Source: an uncultured Chloroflexia bacterium
GTDB taxonomy: Bacteria > Chloroflexota > Limnocylindria > QHBO01
Direction of reading: 5' to 3'
Assembly (NCBI GenBank): GCA_963825525.1
Contig: CAWGTN010000001.1
Span: forward strand, 64,001 to 128,000
Length of the DNA: 64,000 nt
The position numbers and the translations under genes are program-made. Under the pieces are notes generated by a model. It was not told where the DNA came from, made no database searches, and worked only from the letters and a program-made list of their open reading frames with translations. This document shows, piece after piece, positions 29,342 to 38,335 of the stretch (position 1 is its first letter; each line of letters opens with the position of its first letter).

Positions 29342-30436
29342 GTGACGGCCAAACGCGTCTTCCTGGCGGCGACCGGCCAGAATCGCGGCAAGACGACCAC
29401 CAGCCTCGGCCTGATCGCGGCCATCCGGCAGCGGGGACTCGAGCTGGGATTCATGAAGCCGGTCGGACAGCGCTACCTGGTGGTCGACGGGACGCGGGCC
29501 GACGAGGACGCGGTCCTGATCAAGGAGGTCTACGGCCTGCCCGACGCCCTCAACGACATGTCGCCGGTCACGCTGCCGCGGCGGTTCACCACCGACTTCA
29601 TCCTGGGGCGTGTCACCGACGATCTCGAGGCACAGGTACTCGGGGCGTACGAGCGGGTGGCGGACGGCAGGGACCTGGTGGTGATCGAGGGCACGGGGCA
29701 CGCCGGCGTCGGTGCCGTCATCCGGCTCTCGAACGCACGCGCCGCAGCCATGCTCGAGACACCGGTCATCATCGTCAGCGAGGGCGGCGTCGGCCGGCCG
29801 ATCGACGAGATCGTCCTCAACCGGGCGCTGTTCGCGGCGAACGGGGTGACGGTGCTCGGGGCGGTGGTGAACAAGGTCGACGTGGTCTCGCATCCGCAGC
29901 TGCCGGATGTCCTGCGTCGCGGCCTGGAGCTCCACGGCATCGAGCTGCTCGGATGCATCCCGTACTCCGAATTCCTGGCCAACCCATCGCTCGAGCTCAT
30001 CGTCACGCACCTCGACGGTGAGCTCCTCGCCGGTCGGGCGGAGGCGGGGCGCACGATCGGGCACGTGGCCATCGGCGCCATGCAGGCCGAGCACGCAGTC
30101 GAGCATCTCGAGGATCGGACGCTGCTCATCACGCCGGGCGATCGGGAAGACTTGATCGGGGCGGCACTGGTTGCCAACGCGACCCCACGAGGGGGCCTGC
30201 CGCTCGTCAGCGGGCTCGTCCTGACCGGCGGCTATCGGCCGTCGGATTCGACGATGGTGGCGCTCCGAGACGCGGACGTCTTCACGTACCTCGTGCCGAC
30301 CGATACCTATCGGACGGCGCAGGCGGTGGACGAGATCCTGGTGAAGACGCACGCCAGCGATCGGGAGAAGATCGCCACGATCATCGACCTGGTGGGCGGC
30401 GCGCTCGACGTGGATGCGCTCCTCGAGCGCCTGTAG
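29342..30436 (+). CDS. Stand-alone Pta N-terminal-like protein (BioD-like P-loop + DRTGG)
   Basis: TGQNRGKTT, FMKPVG, VIEGTGH, VVNKV, LITPGDREDL...LTGG motifs; no Pta catalytic domain. Confidence 0.88.
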   Translation: MTAKRVFLAATGQNRGKTTTSLGLIAAIRQRGLELGFMKPVGQRYLVVDGTRADEDAVLIKEVYGLPDALNDMSPVTLPRRFTTDFILGRVTDDLEAQVLGAYERVADGRDLVVIEGTGHAGVGAVIRLSNARAAAMLETPVIIVSEGGVGRPIDEIVLNRALFAANGVTVLGAVVNKVDVVSHPQLPDVLRRGLELHGIELLGCIPYSEFLANPSLELIVTHLDGELLAGRAEAGRTIGHVAIGAMQAEHAVEHLEDRTLLITPGDREDLIGAALVANATPRGGLPLVSGLVLTGGYRPSDSTMVALRDADVFTYLVPTDTYRTAQAVDEILVKTHASDREKIATIIDLVGGALDVDALLERL

Positions 30437-30590
30437 CCACCACGACGGGAAGCACGAAGGGAGGCCGGACGTGGGCACCCGCCGGCCTCCCATTCACCTG
30501 CAACGACTCGCAGCCGTGGGAGGCCGGCGTCGCTGGTGACGCTTCGCATGATACGAGGCCACCCACGGACCGCACTAGTACCTTTGTCGC

Positions 30591-31445
30591 TCAGGCGACG
30601 TCCCACGCCAGCGGCATGTTGTCGGTCAGACGGGTCCGGCCGATGCCGACGGCGATCAGCGCCAGTGCCGGCCCCGAGACGCGCTGGAGCTCCGCCAGGG
30701 ATATGGCGTCAGCCACGCTCACGTAGTCGATGCGCGCCTTGGCCTCGCGCGACAACGCATCGGTCATCCGCCAGCGGAGCACCTCCGCCGATCGCTCGCC
30801 GGCGTCATACGCATCCTTGGCCGCGGTCAGTGCCGTGAACAGGCAGGTCGCCGCGTGCCGCTCCTCGATCCCGAGCTGGGCGTTGGCGCTCGACAGCGCC
30901 AATCCATCGGCCTCTCGAATGGTCGGACAGATCACGAGCTCGACGTTGAGGAAGAGGTCGCGCAGCATGCGGCGCACGATGACCACCTGCTGGGCGTGCC
31001 GCTGACCCATGTAAAGCCGAGCGGGTCCCACGAGGTTGACAAGCTTGAGCATCACCGTCGTCAGCCCGTCGAGGTGGCCCGGTCGCGAGGCCCCCTCCAG
31101 CTGTCGCGTCAGGCCCTCGACCGTCACCCGCGTCGTGTCGCTGGGCGGATACAGGGTGGCCACATCGGGGACGAACGCGATGTCGACGCCCGAGTGCTCC
31201 AGCAGGGCGAGGTCGCGAGCGGTGTCACGCTGGCCATGGGTGGCCTCGTCAAGCGAGCGGAAGGCACCCGGGTTGGTGAAGCTCGAGGCCACCACGCAGC
31301 CATTCTCCGAGCGAGCGCGGAGGACCAGGGAGAGCTGGCCGTCATGGAGCATGCCCATGGTAGGCACGAAGCCGACGCTGTCACCGGCCACCCGACGCTC
31401 GAGGATGGCGTCGCGGAGCTCGTCGGTGCGGTGGACGACGATCAC
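30591..31445 (-). CDS. panC: Pantoate-beta-alanine ligase homolog with degenerate motifs
   Basis: GFVPTMG.LHDGQ, LEGASRPGH, PTIREADGLALSSAN, RIDYVS, TRLTDN. GTGA overlap with the coaBC stop. Confidence 0.85.
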   Translation of the reverse strand: MIVVHRTDELRDAILERRVAGDSVGFVPTMGMLHDGQLSLVLRARSENGCVVASSFTNPGAFRSLDEATHGQRDTARDLALLEHSGVDIAFVPDVATLYPPSDTTRVTVEGLTRQLEGASRPGHLDGLTTVMLKLVNLVGPARLYMGQRHAQQVVIVRRMLRDLFLNVELVICPTIREADGLALSSANAQLGIEERHAATCLFTALTAAKDAYDAGERSAEVLRWRMTDALSREAKARIDYVSVADAISLAELQRVSGPALALIAVGIGRTRLTDNMPLAWDVA

Positions 31446-32710
31446 GAACGGCGGCGGCGACCGCCGGGGGCGGTCCCATCCGTCGAACGGCTGTTGCGGT
31501 AGCGATCGCCGATGAGATCCCACAGCCGCTCGGCCACCTGGCGCTTTGGCAGCATCGGCCAATCCGTCAGCGATCCCTCGGCGCCGAACACGGTGACCTT
31601 GTTCTCGTCGGAGCCGATGGCGTCGAACGGCCCGCCCACCACGTTGCCGACGATGAGGTCGAGCCCCTTGTCGCGCAGCTTGGCGGCGGCATTGACCTCC
31701 AGGTCCTGCGACTCGGCGGCAAAGCCGATGAGGAACGGGCGGATGTCGTCGGGCATCTCACCGACCTCGGCCACGATGTCGGGGTTCGGGACCAGCTCGA
31801 TCTGGAGGTTCTCGCCGGAGCGCTTGATCTTCCGCTGGCTGGCACGTGCCGGGGCGAAGTCGGCAACGGCCGCTGCCATGACCAGGATGTCGGCGTTCGT
31901 CGCTGCCCGAAGCACGGCCTCGCGCATCGTCTGGGCGGTGGTGGCGTCGATGACCGTGACACCGCGGGGCGGAGTGACCCCCATGGCACCGGCGATCAGC
32001 GTGACGCTGGCACCCCGGTCGCGCGCGGCCTCGGCCAGGGCGGCGCCCATCTTGCCGGAGGAGCGGTTGCCGATGAATCGCACGGGGTCCAGCGGCTCAC
32101 GCGTGCCGCCGGCACTGACGACCACGTGGAGTCCCTCGAGGTCGCCGGCACGCTCGAAGAGCCGCTCGACGGCCTCCGCCACCGCGCTGGGCTCGGCCAA
32201 TCGTCCGATGCCGGTCAGGCCCGATGCCAGCTCGCCGACCTCGGGCTCGACCACGATGTACCCGAACTCGCGCAGAGTTCCCACGTTGCGCTGGGTCGCC
32301 GGATGCGTCCACATCCCGGCGTCCATGGCCGGCGCCACGATGACCGGCGCTCGGCTGGCGCAGGCGATCGCGGTGACCGCATCGACCACCAGGCCGGCTG
32401 CGAGCTCGCCGAGCAGGTTGGCGGTGGCTGGCGCCAGCACGATGGCATCGGCCGCCTCGGCGAGCTCGATGTGGGCGATCTGCTGGTCCGAGTCGAGCTC
32501 GAACACGTCGTCGAGGACGGGCCGGTGCGTCAGGCTGGCAAACGTCAGCGGCCCGACGAAGCGCGTGGCGGCCCGCGTCATGGCAACATCGACCACTGCG
32601 CCGCGATCCTGGAGGAGGCGCACCAGGCTGACGGCCTTGTAGGCGGCAATGCTGCCGGATACCCCGACAACGATCCGTCGCCCGGCCAGCTGGCCCGGTC
32701 CGTCGCTCAT
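31442..32710 (-). CDS. coaBC: Phosphopantothenoylcysteine decarboxylase/ligase
   Basis: GVSGSIAAYK, HIELA, APATAN, PAMD..MW, GGTREPLDPVRFIGNRSSGKMG, AAVADF, GFAAES motifs. Confidence 0.96.
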   Translation of the reverse strand: MSDGPGQLAGRRIVVGVSGSIAAYKAVSLVRLLQDRGAVVDVAMTRAATRFVGPLTFASLTHRPVLDDVFELDSDQQIAHIELAEAADAIVLAPATANLLGELAAGLVVDAVTAIACASRAPVIVAPAMDAGMWTHPATQRNVGTLREFGYIVVEPEVGELASGLTGIGRLAEPSAVAEAVERLFERAGDLEGLHVVVSAGGTREPLDPVRFIGNRSSGKMGAALAEAARDRGASVTLIAGAMGVTPPRGVTVIDATTAQTMREAVLRAATNADILVMAAAVADFAPARASQRKIKRSGENLQIELVPNPDIVAEVGEMPDDIRPFLIGFAAESQDLEVNAAAKLRDKGLDLIVGNVVGGPFDAIGSDENKVTVFGAEGSLTDWPMLPKRQVAERLWDLIGDRYRNSRSTDGTAPGGRRRRS

Positions 32711-33534
32711 CGCTCGCCACCGCGGGCTGCGGCGCGCGCCCGATCGCGTATCGCCTGCCAGGCGTATCGGATGCCGCGCAGCGTCAGGTCGGGCTCGACC
32801 GCGTCGATCCCCGGAACGTCCCCCAGCCAAGGCTCGTAGGTGTGGCCCCCGGTCGCGATGACCGACACCCGGGCGCCGTCCGGCGATCGCTCGACGAGCT
32901 CGCCGCGGAGGGCGGTCAAGAGGCCGCTGACCAGGCCGATGTAGCCCAGCACCGCGCCGGACTGCATGGCATGCACGGTGTTCGTGCCGATGGCGGTGGG
33001 AGGGCGACGGAGCTCGATCCGCGGCAGCTTGCTTGCCCGGCCGACGAGCGCCTCGAGGCTCAGGCCCATCCCGGGAGCGATGGCTCCGCCGATGTATGCG
33101 CCGTCGGCATCGATGAGGTCGAAGTTCGTGCTGGTCCCGAGGTCGATGACGATGGCCGGACCGCCGAACTCGACGCGGGCCGCCAGGGCGTTGGCGAGCC
33201 GGTCCGCGCCGGCCTCGGCGGGGCGGTCGATACGAATCTCGAGCGTCCCGGCCAGCGTGCCGGCGTCCACGATCGTGGGCTCGACGCCGATGCGCTGTGT
33301 GACCAGCCGCTCCCAGGTCTCCGTCAGCGGAGGGACGACGCTGGCCAGCGCCACCGCGTCGAGCTCATCGAGGCGATGCGCGTCGAGCGCGAGCATCCCG
33401 GTCAATGCTGCTGCTACCTCGTCGGACGTCGCGTTGGCCCGGGTGATGGCGCGCCATGAGCGTGCCAGGCGGTCGTCCTCGAAGAGGCCGACCGTCACGT
33501 TCGTGTTGCCGATGTCGGCCGCCAGGAGCTTCAC
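32707..33534 (-). CDS. coaX: Type III pantothenate kinase
   Basis: DIGNTN, ASVVP, GADRLAN, IDLGTSTNFD, GGAIAPG, ATGG, LTLRG motifs. Confidence 0.95.
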   Translation of the reverse strand: MKLLAADIGNTNVTVGLFEDDRLARSWRAITRANATSDEVAAALTGMLALDAHRLDELDAVALASVVPPLTETWERLVTQRIGVEPTIVDAGTLAGTLEIRIDRPAEAGADRLANALAARVEFGGPAIVIDLGTSTNFDLIDADGAYIGGAIAPGMGLSLEALVGRASKLPRIELRRPPTAIGTNTVHAMQSGAVLGYIGLVSGLLTALRGELVERSPDGARVSVIATGGHTYEPWLGDVPGIDAVEPDLTLRGIRYAWQAIRDRARAAARGGER

Positions 33535-33607
33535 GGGCCGTATCGTAGCAGCCGATTCACGCCGCGCCCCGGTGCTAGACTCGCCGACGATCCGCACGAA
33601 TGTTTCG

Positions 33608-34108
33608 ATGTCCGACGCCCGCGCCAAGCTCTACATCAATACCGGGGTCGTCACCGGCAAGAGCGACATCTACAACATCCTTCGGCCGCTGCTCAAGCAG
33701 ACGGTCAGCTACACGTACCACCGTGGCGCCCGCGTCGAGTCCGCGGGGACCGGCTGGGTCGAGCGCATCGTCGTCGACCACCCCGAGGTCGCGTCGTACT
33801 TCACGCCCCTCGCCATCTGCCTGAACCTCGATTCGTTCGACTACCTGCAGTTCGATACCACCAGCGACCAGCTCCTCGTCTACACCCTGGTCATCGGCAA
33901 CGAGCGGGTCGTGCTCGAGTTCGCCGCGGGCGGCGCGCAGCGACTGCTCGACCTCGGTGAGCCCGATCAGTCACCGGATGGGCGTCCGCTTCCCCGCAAC
34001 GCCGATGAGCTGGCCCGCGACCTTCGCTTCATCCAGATGGAGCTGCTGATGTCGGCCGAAACGGACGCGGACGGCGATCGCGCCGACGAGGACGAGGACG
34101 GAGCGTGA
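33608..34108 (+). CDS. Hypothetical protein (acidic C-terminus)
   Basis: MSDARAKLYINTG... 166 aa; TGCTAGACT promoter upstream; GTGA coupling to the M16 gene. Confidence 0.75.
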   Translation: MSDARAKLYINTGVVTGKSDIYNILRPLLKQTVSYTYHRGARVESAGTGWVERIVVDHPEVASYFTPLAICLNLDSFDYLQFDTTSDQLLVYTLVIGNERVVLEFAAGGAQRLLDLGEPDQSPDGRPLPRNADELARDLRFIQMELLMSAETDADGDRADEDEDGA

Positions 34109-35430
34109 CCGCTTCCGCGGCGCCGTCACGGCTCCGCGCCGCGACCTCGCACGAGCGCACCGTGCTGCCGAGCGGCCTCCGCGTCGTGAGCCAGGTGATG
34201 CCCGGCGCTCGATCGGTCAGCGTGGTGCTGCTCGTGCCGGTGGGATCACGCCACGAGGACGAAGCGCACGCGGGGCTCAGCCACCTGTTGGAGCATCTCG
34301 TCTTCAAGGGAACGCGCGGGCATCCCGAGGCGGGATCGCTCTCGCAGCGGGTGGAGGGCGTCGGCGGCAGCGCAAACGCCAGCACGGATCGTGAGCTCAC
34401 GGCGTTCAGCGCGAAGGTTCCGGCGGAGCACGCCGACGTCGCCCTCGAGGCGGTCCGGGAGCTCGCGCTGCGCCCCCTCCTCCGACGCCGCGACCTCACG
34501 GCAGAGAAGCCGGTCATCGTGGACGAGATCCGAATGTACGTGGACTCACCGTCCGACCACGTGTTCACCCTCTTCGACGAGATGCTGTACGCCGGCCACC
34601 CGCTCGGCAGAGAGATCGCCGGCACCATCGGCAGCGTGCGACGGGCCACCCACCGCGCGGTCGTCGATCACTGGCGCGCGGCCTACCGGACCGCGGGCAT
34701 GGTCCTCGCCGTGGCGGGCAACCTCGACCACGCGTCGGTCCTCGACGCGGCGAGCGGCTGGACGTCGGAAGGTCCCGAGGGTGAGGATCGAGAGGTGGCG
34801 ACCACGCCACTCACCATGCCGGCCCCGATCCCGGCCCGTGCCGGATCGCTCCGCATCGCATACCGGCAGCTCAGCCAGGCGAACGTGTGCCTGGGCATGC
34901 CGGGCGTCGCTCGGGATGACCCCGATCGCTGGGCACTGGACCTGCTCGGCGCTGTCCTGGGCGACGGCATGGGCAGCCGCCTGTTCATGGACCTGCGCGA
35001 GCGTCGCTCGCTCGTGTATGACGTATCGACCTTCGGCGCGTCGTACTCCGACGCGGGGACCTTCGGTGTGCATGCGGGGTTCGATCCCGCCGATGTCGTC
35101 GCCGTCCTGGGCGCCATCCTCGATCAGCTCGAGCGCATCTGCTCCGAGCCGGTGACGTCGCGCGAGCTGGATCGGGCCCGCGCCTATTCGCGCGGCCGTC
35201 TCGAGCTCCGGATGGAGGACTCCGGTGCCGTCGCCGGCTGGCTCGGGTCGGGCGAGGCACTGCTGCCGCGCATCCTGTCCGTCGAGGAGGTGGTCGAGCG
35301 ACTCGAGGCGGTGACGGCCGCGGATCTGCTGCGCGTCGCTCAGCGCTTCCTGAATCCGGCCGAGGCACGAATGGCCCTGCTGGGCCCCTTCCGCTCTCGC
35401 GCTCGCATCGAGCGCGTCCTGCGTCGATGA
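34105..35430 (+). CDS. M16 family (pitrilysin-like) zinc peptidase
   Basis: GLSHLLEHLVFKGT (HxxEH), NASTDRE, EKPVIVDEI, LG.GMGSRLF..LRE motifs. Confidence 0.93.
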   Translation: MTASAAPSRLRAATSHERTVLPSGLRVVSQVMPGARSVSVVLLVPVGSRHEDEAHAGLSHLLEHLVFKGTRGHPEAGSLSQRVEGVGGSANASTDRELTAFSAKVPAEHADVALEAVRELALRPLLRRRDLTAEKPVIVDEIRMYVDSPSDHVFTLFDEMLYAGHPLGREIAGTIGSVRRATHRAVVDHWRAAYRTAGMVLAVAGNLDHASVLDAASGWTSEGPEGEDREVATTPLTMPAPIPARAGSLRIAYRQLSQANVCLGMPGVARDDPDRWALDLLGAVLGDGMGSRLFMDLRERRSLVYDVSTFGASYSDAGTFGVHAGFDPADVVAVLGAILDQLERICSEPVTSRELDRARAYSRGRLELRMEDSGAVAGWLGSGEALLPRILSVEEVVERLEAVTAADLLRVAQRFLNPAEARMALLGPFRSRARIERVLRR

Positions 35431-36299
35431 ACCAACGCCGCAAGCGTGGGAAGGCGGCCGGTCCCACGCCCGCGCCTGAGTCAGAGGCTCCGGCCGAGCC
35501 CGTGGCTCCGCCCGAGAATGCATCGGCCGACGACGAGCAGGTGATCGACATCCTGGTCGACGACATGCGCCTTGCCCGGGCGCAGCTCGACGCGGGTCAG
35601 CCCGGCCTAGCGGAAGGGACGGCCCGTCAGCGCATCGCGCGGCGCGAGGCCGATGGCCCGGGTTCGGACGACGAGCTTGACGCGCTCAGGACGCTCCTGG
35701 CCGAAGCGCTCTGGCGCCAGGGGCGCGTTGCGTCGGCGCGCGTGGCCCTCGACGCGGTGAGGGCGGGGAGTCCACAGCGTCGGCTGCCGATCGCGTCCCT
35801 CATCGAGGCCGAGGCACTCGCCGCAGCGGGCGAGCCGGATCGGGCGGCCGGGGCGATGGAGCGGGTGATCTCGGCCGTCGGCGTCGACCGTTCCCACGAG
35901 CTGCGAGCCGGCGTCTCGGGACGCCTGACGTGGCCGCTGCCGGCCGAGCTGCAACCGCCGGTGGTGCAGGTGTCGCGACCGCCGTGGGCGGCGCGCGATA
36001 CCGGTCCCGAGGCGGAGCTGCCGGCGGGGGATGAGCGCACCGATTCTGCGCGTGATCGGCTGGACGAGGCCCGGGTCGCCTATGTCGCCCGCGACCTCGA
36101 TCGGGGTGACGCCGAGATGTCGATCGCCATCCGCCTCGATCCTTCGTTGGCGAGCGACGGTGTTGCCATCATGGAGCCCACCCTGGGCGGGCAGCCCGCC
36201 CCCGAGCGTCTGCTACTGTACGGCGACCTGCTTCGCGCAGCGGGGCGCCGGGTCGAGGCAAGCCAGGCCTATGACCGCGCCGCCGTCCGGCGCGGCTGA
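35427..36299 (+). CDS. TPR-like helical repeat protein
   Basis: LAEALWRQGR..SAR and LYGDLLRAAGRRVEASQAY TPR-like repeats; coupled to the upstream gene. Confidence 0.65.
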   Translation: MNQRRKRGKAAGPTPAPESEAPAEPVAPPENASADDEQVIDILVDDMRLARAQLDAGQPGLAEGTARQRIARREADGPGSDDELDALRTLLAEALWRQGRVASARVALDAVRAGSPQRRLPIASLIEAEALAAAGEPDRAAGAMERVISAVGVDRSHELRAGVSGRLTWPLPAELQPPVVQVSRPPWAARDTGPEAELPAGDERTDSARDRLDEARVAYVARDLDRGDAEMSIAIRLDPSLASDGVAIMEPTLGGQPAPERLLLYGDLLRAAGRRVEASQAYDRAAVRRG

Positions 36300-36363
36300 C
36301 CCGAACCACACGTCTCCGACACCGCGTGCGGCCGGAGAACCCAGCACAGGAGCGACTCTCGTC

Positions 36364-36831
36364 ATGCAGCGCACTCTCGTCCTCGCCAAGCCCGATGCCG
36401 TGCAGCGGGGTCTCATCGGCGAGATCGTCGGCCGGTTCGAGCGCAAGGGGCTCAAGGTCGTAGGCCTCAGGATGCTGACCGTCTCCCGGCCGCTGGCGGA
36501 GGAGCACTACGCGGTCCACGCCGGGAAGCACTTCTACGACGGGCTCGTCGAATTCATCACGTCCGGGCCGGTGGCGGCCTTCGCGCTCGAGGGTCCCGAT
36601 GCCATCGCCGTGGTCCGCAAGATGGTCGGCAAGACGATGCCGAACGAGGCCGAGCCCGGAACGATCCGCGGCGACCTGGGCGTGAGCGGCCTCCGCAACC
36701 TCATCCATGCGTCCGACGCGCCGGAGACGGCGGAGGCGGAGCTCGCCCTGTGGTTCGGCGCCGATGCCGTGGTCGACTATGTTCGTGAGATCGACGCGTG
36801 GATCGTGGCCGAGGAGCCCGAGCGCGGCTGA
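36364..36831 (+). CDS. ndk: Nucleoside diphosphate kinase
   Basis: RTLVLAKPDAVQRGLIGEI, PGTIRGD, NLIHASD motifs. Confidence 0.97.
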   Translation: MQRTLVLAKPDAVQRGLIGEIVGRFERKGLKVVGLRMLTVSRPLAEEHYAVHAGKHFYDGLVEFITSGPVAAFALEGPDAIAVVRKMVGKTMPNEAEPGTIRGDLGVSGLRNLIHASDAPETAEAELALWFGADAVVDYVREIDAWIVAEEPERG

Positions 36832-36834
36832 GGG

Positions 36835-37515
36835 CTACTCGCCGGCAGCGGCCTGCAGGGCCGGGTAGTCGGGCCGCTCGATGAGCCCGATGCGCTCGAG
36901 CGGGAAGTAGCGCAGCCAGGCGCGTCCCAGCACGCTCTCCTCGTCGATGGGACCGAACACGCGCGAGTCCTGGCTGAACGGCCGGTTGTCGCCCATCACG
37001 AAGAACTCGTGCGGCCCGACGATCCAGGTCAGCGGGCAATCCTGCCGCTCGCAGAGCGTGGCGGCCGTGCTCCCGTCGGCGTTGGGGACCACGTAGGGCT
37101 CCTCGATCCGGATCGAGCTTCGGTCGGGCCGGCTCACGAAGACCCGGCCGTTCTCGAGGCTGATCGTGTCGCCCGGCATACCGATGATCCGCTTGATGAA
37201 CGGGACGCCCTGCTGGTCCAGCCCGGAACCGGAAGGCGGATCGAACACCACGACGTCGCCGTACTCGTAGCCGCCGAATCGCGGTGTGAGCTTGTCGATG
37301 AGGATGTACTCGCCGTCCACGATGGTGGGGAACATCGAGCTCTGCTGGACCTCGAACGGCTGGGCCACGAAGTTGTGGATGACGAGGTAGATGAGCAGCG
37401 TGAGGACGAGCGTCTCGACGACCTCGAACGCGCAGCCCAGGGCACGACGCGAACCGGCGCGCTCGCGTTGTGCGGGCGCGCCGTCGGATTCGGATTCGTC
37501 GGGGAGGTAGGTCAT
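36835..37515 (-). CDS. lepB: Signal peptidase I
   Basis: SSMFPT, FIKRIIGMPGD, MGDNRPFSQDSRVFG motifs. Confidence 0.95.
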   Translation of the reverse strand: MTYLPDESESDGAPAQRERAGSRRALGCAFEVVETLVLTLLIYLVIHNFVAQPFEVQQSSMFPTIVDGEYILIDKLTPRFGGYEYGDVVVFDPPSGSGLDQQGVPFIKRIIGMPGDTISLENGRVFVSRPDRSSIRIEEPYVVPNADGSTAATLCERQDCPLTWIVGPHEFFVMGDNRPFSQDSRVFGPIDEESVLGRAWLRYFPLERIGLIERPDYPALQAAAGE

Positions 37516-37581
37516 CAGCCCTGGCTGTGGATGGCGGCCGGCACAGGATAGCGCACCGGAAGCGGTAGACTCGGCTGTCAG

Positions 37582-38223
37582 ATGGGTAGCCTGATCCTCG
37601 TCCGTCACGCGACCACGGCGGCCTCCGCCGCCGGAAGGAACCTGGGCCAGGCCAGCAATCCTCCGCTGTCGGACGCGGGCCTCGAGCTCGCCGAAGCACT
37701 GGGTGTGACGCTCGCCGCCGAGCTCGCCGAACTTCCGCATGACGAGATTCGGCTCGTCAGCAGCCCGGCCCTGCGATGTCGCCAGACGATCGGGGCCATC
37801 GCCACGGCGCTGGGCTTGGATGCCGAGTCGGTCGAGCTTGCCCAGGGGTTGCTCGAGATCGACTACGGCGCCTGGGACGGGCTCACGGCGGCGGAATGCG
37901 AGGCTCGCGATCCCGAGCTTCGTGCGGCATGGGAATCCGATCCGTACGCCACCGCCTGCCCGGAGGGCGAGAGCGGGAAGGACGTGAGCATGCGCGCTGC
38001 CGCCGTGCTCGAGCCGCTCGAGGACTGGCTCACGGCCGACCGCGCACGATGCGCCATCGCGGTCGCGCACAACCATGTGAATCGCGTGGCGATGTGCCGC
38101 CTGCTGGGGTGGCCGATGCGGGACTACCGACGCCGGCTGGCGGCCGATCCCGGCGGCTACAGCCTGGTGACGTTCGGAGGTGCCGGTCCGGTCGTGCGCC
38201 GGTACAACGTTCCCGGAGCCTGA
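37582..38223 (+). CDS. Histidine phosphatase (phosphoglycerate mutase-like) family protein
   Basis: LVRHA, SSPALRCRQT, LLEIDYGAWDG, GES, VAH motifs. Confidence 0.88.
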   Translation: MGSLILVRHATTAASAAGRNLGQASNPPLSDAGLELAEALGVTLAAELAELPHDEIRLVSSPALRCRQTIGAIATALGLDAESVELAQGLLEIDYGAWDGLTAAECEARDPELRAAWESDPYATACPEGESGKDVSMRAAAVLEPLEDWLTADRARCAIAVAHNHVNRVAMCRLLGWPMRDYRRRLAADPGGYSLVTFGGAGPVVRRYNVPGA

Positions 38224-38231
38224 CGGTCCAC

Positions 38232-38296
38232 TGGCACGGTCCGTGCGTTGGCGACGAGGCCGGTGATTCGGCCGGTTCTGCGCCGCTGCCTATAAT
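38232..38296 (+). promoter_or_regulatory. rpoN upstream region: sigma-54 site (38232-38246) plus TATAAT -10 box (38291-38296)
   Basis: TGGCACGGTCCGTGC (GG-N10-GC) and a perfect TATAAT. Confidence 0.55.
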
Positions 38297-38335
38297 CGCC
38301 GAACCCCATCATCAGTCGCCCGTTCGCGAGGATTC

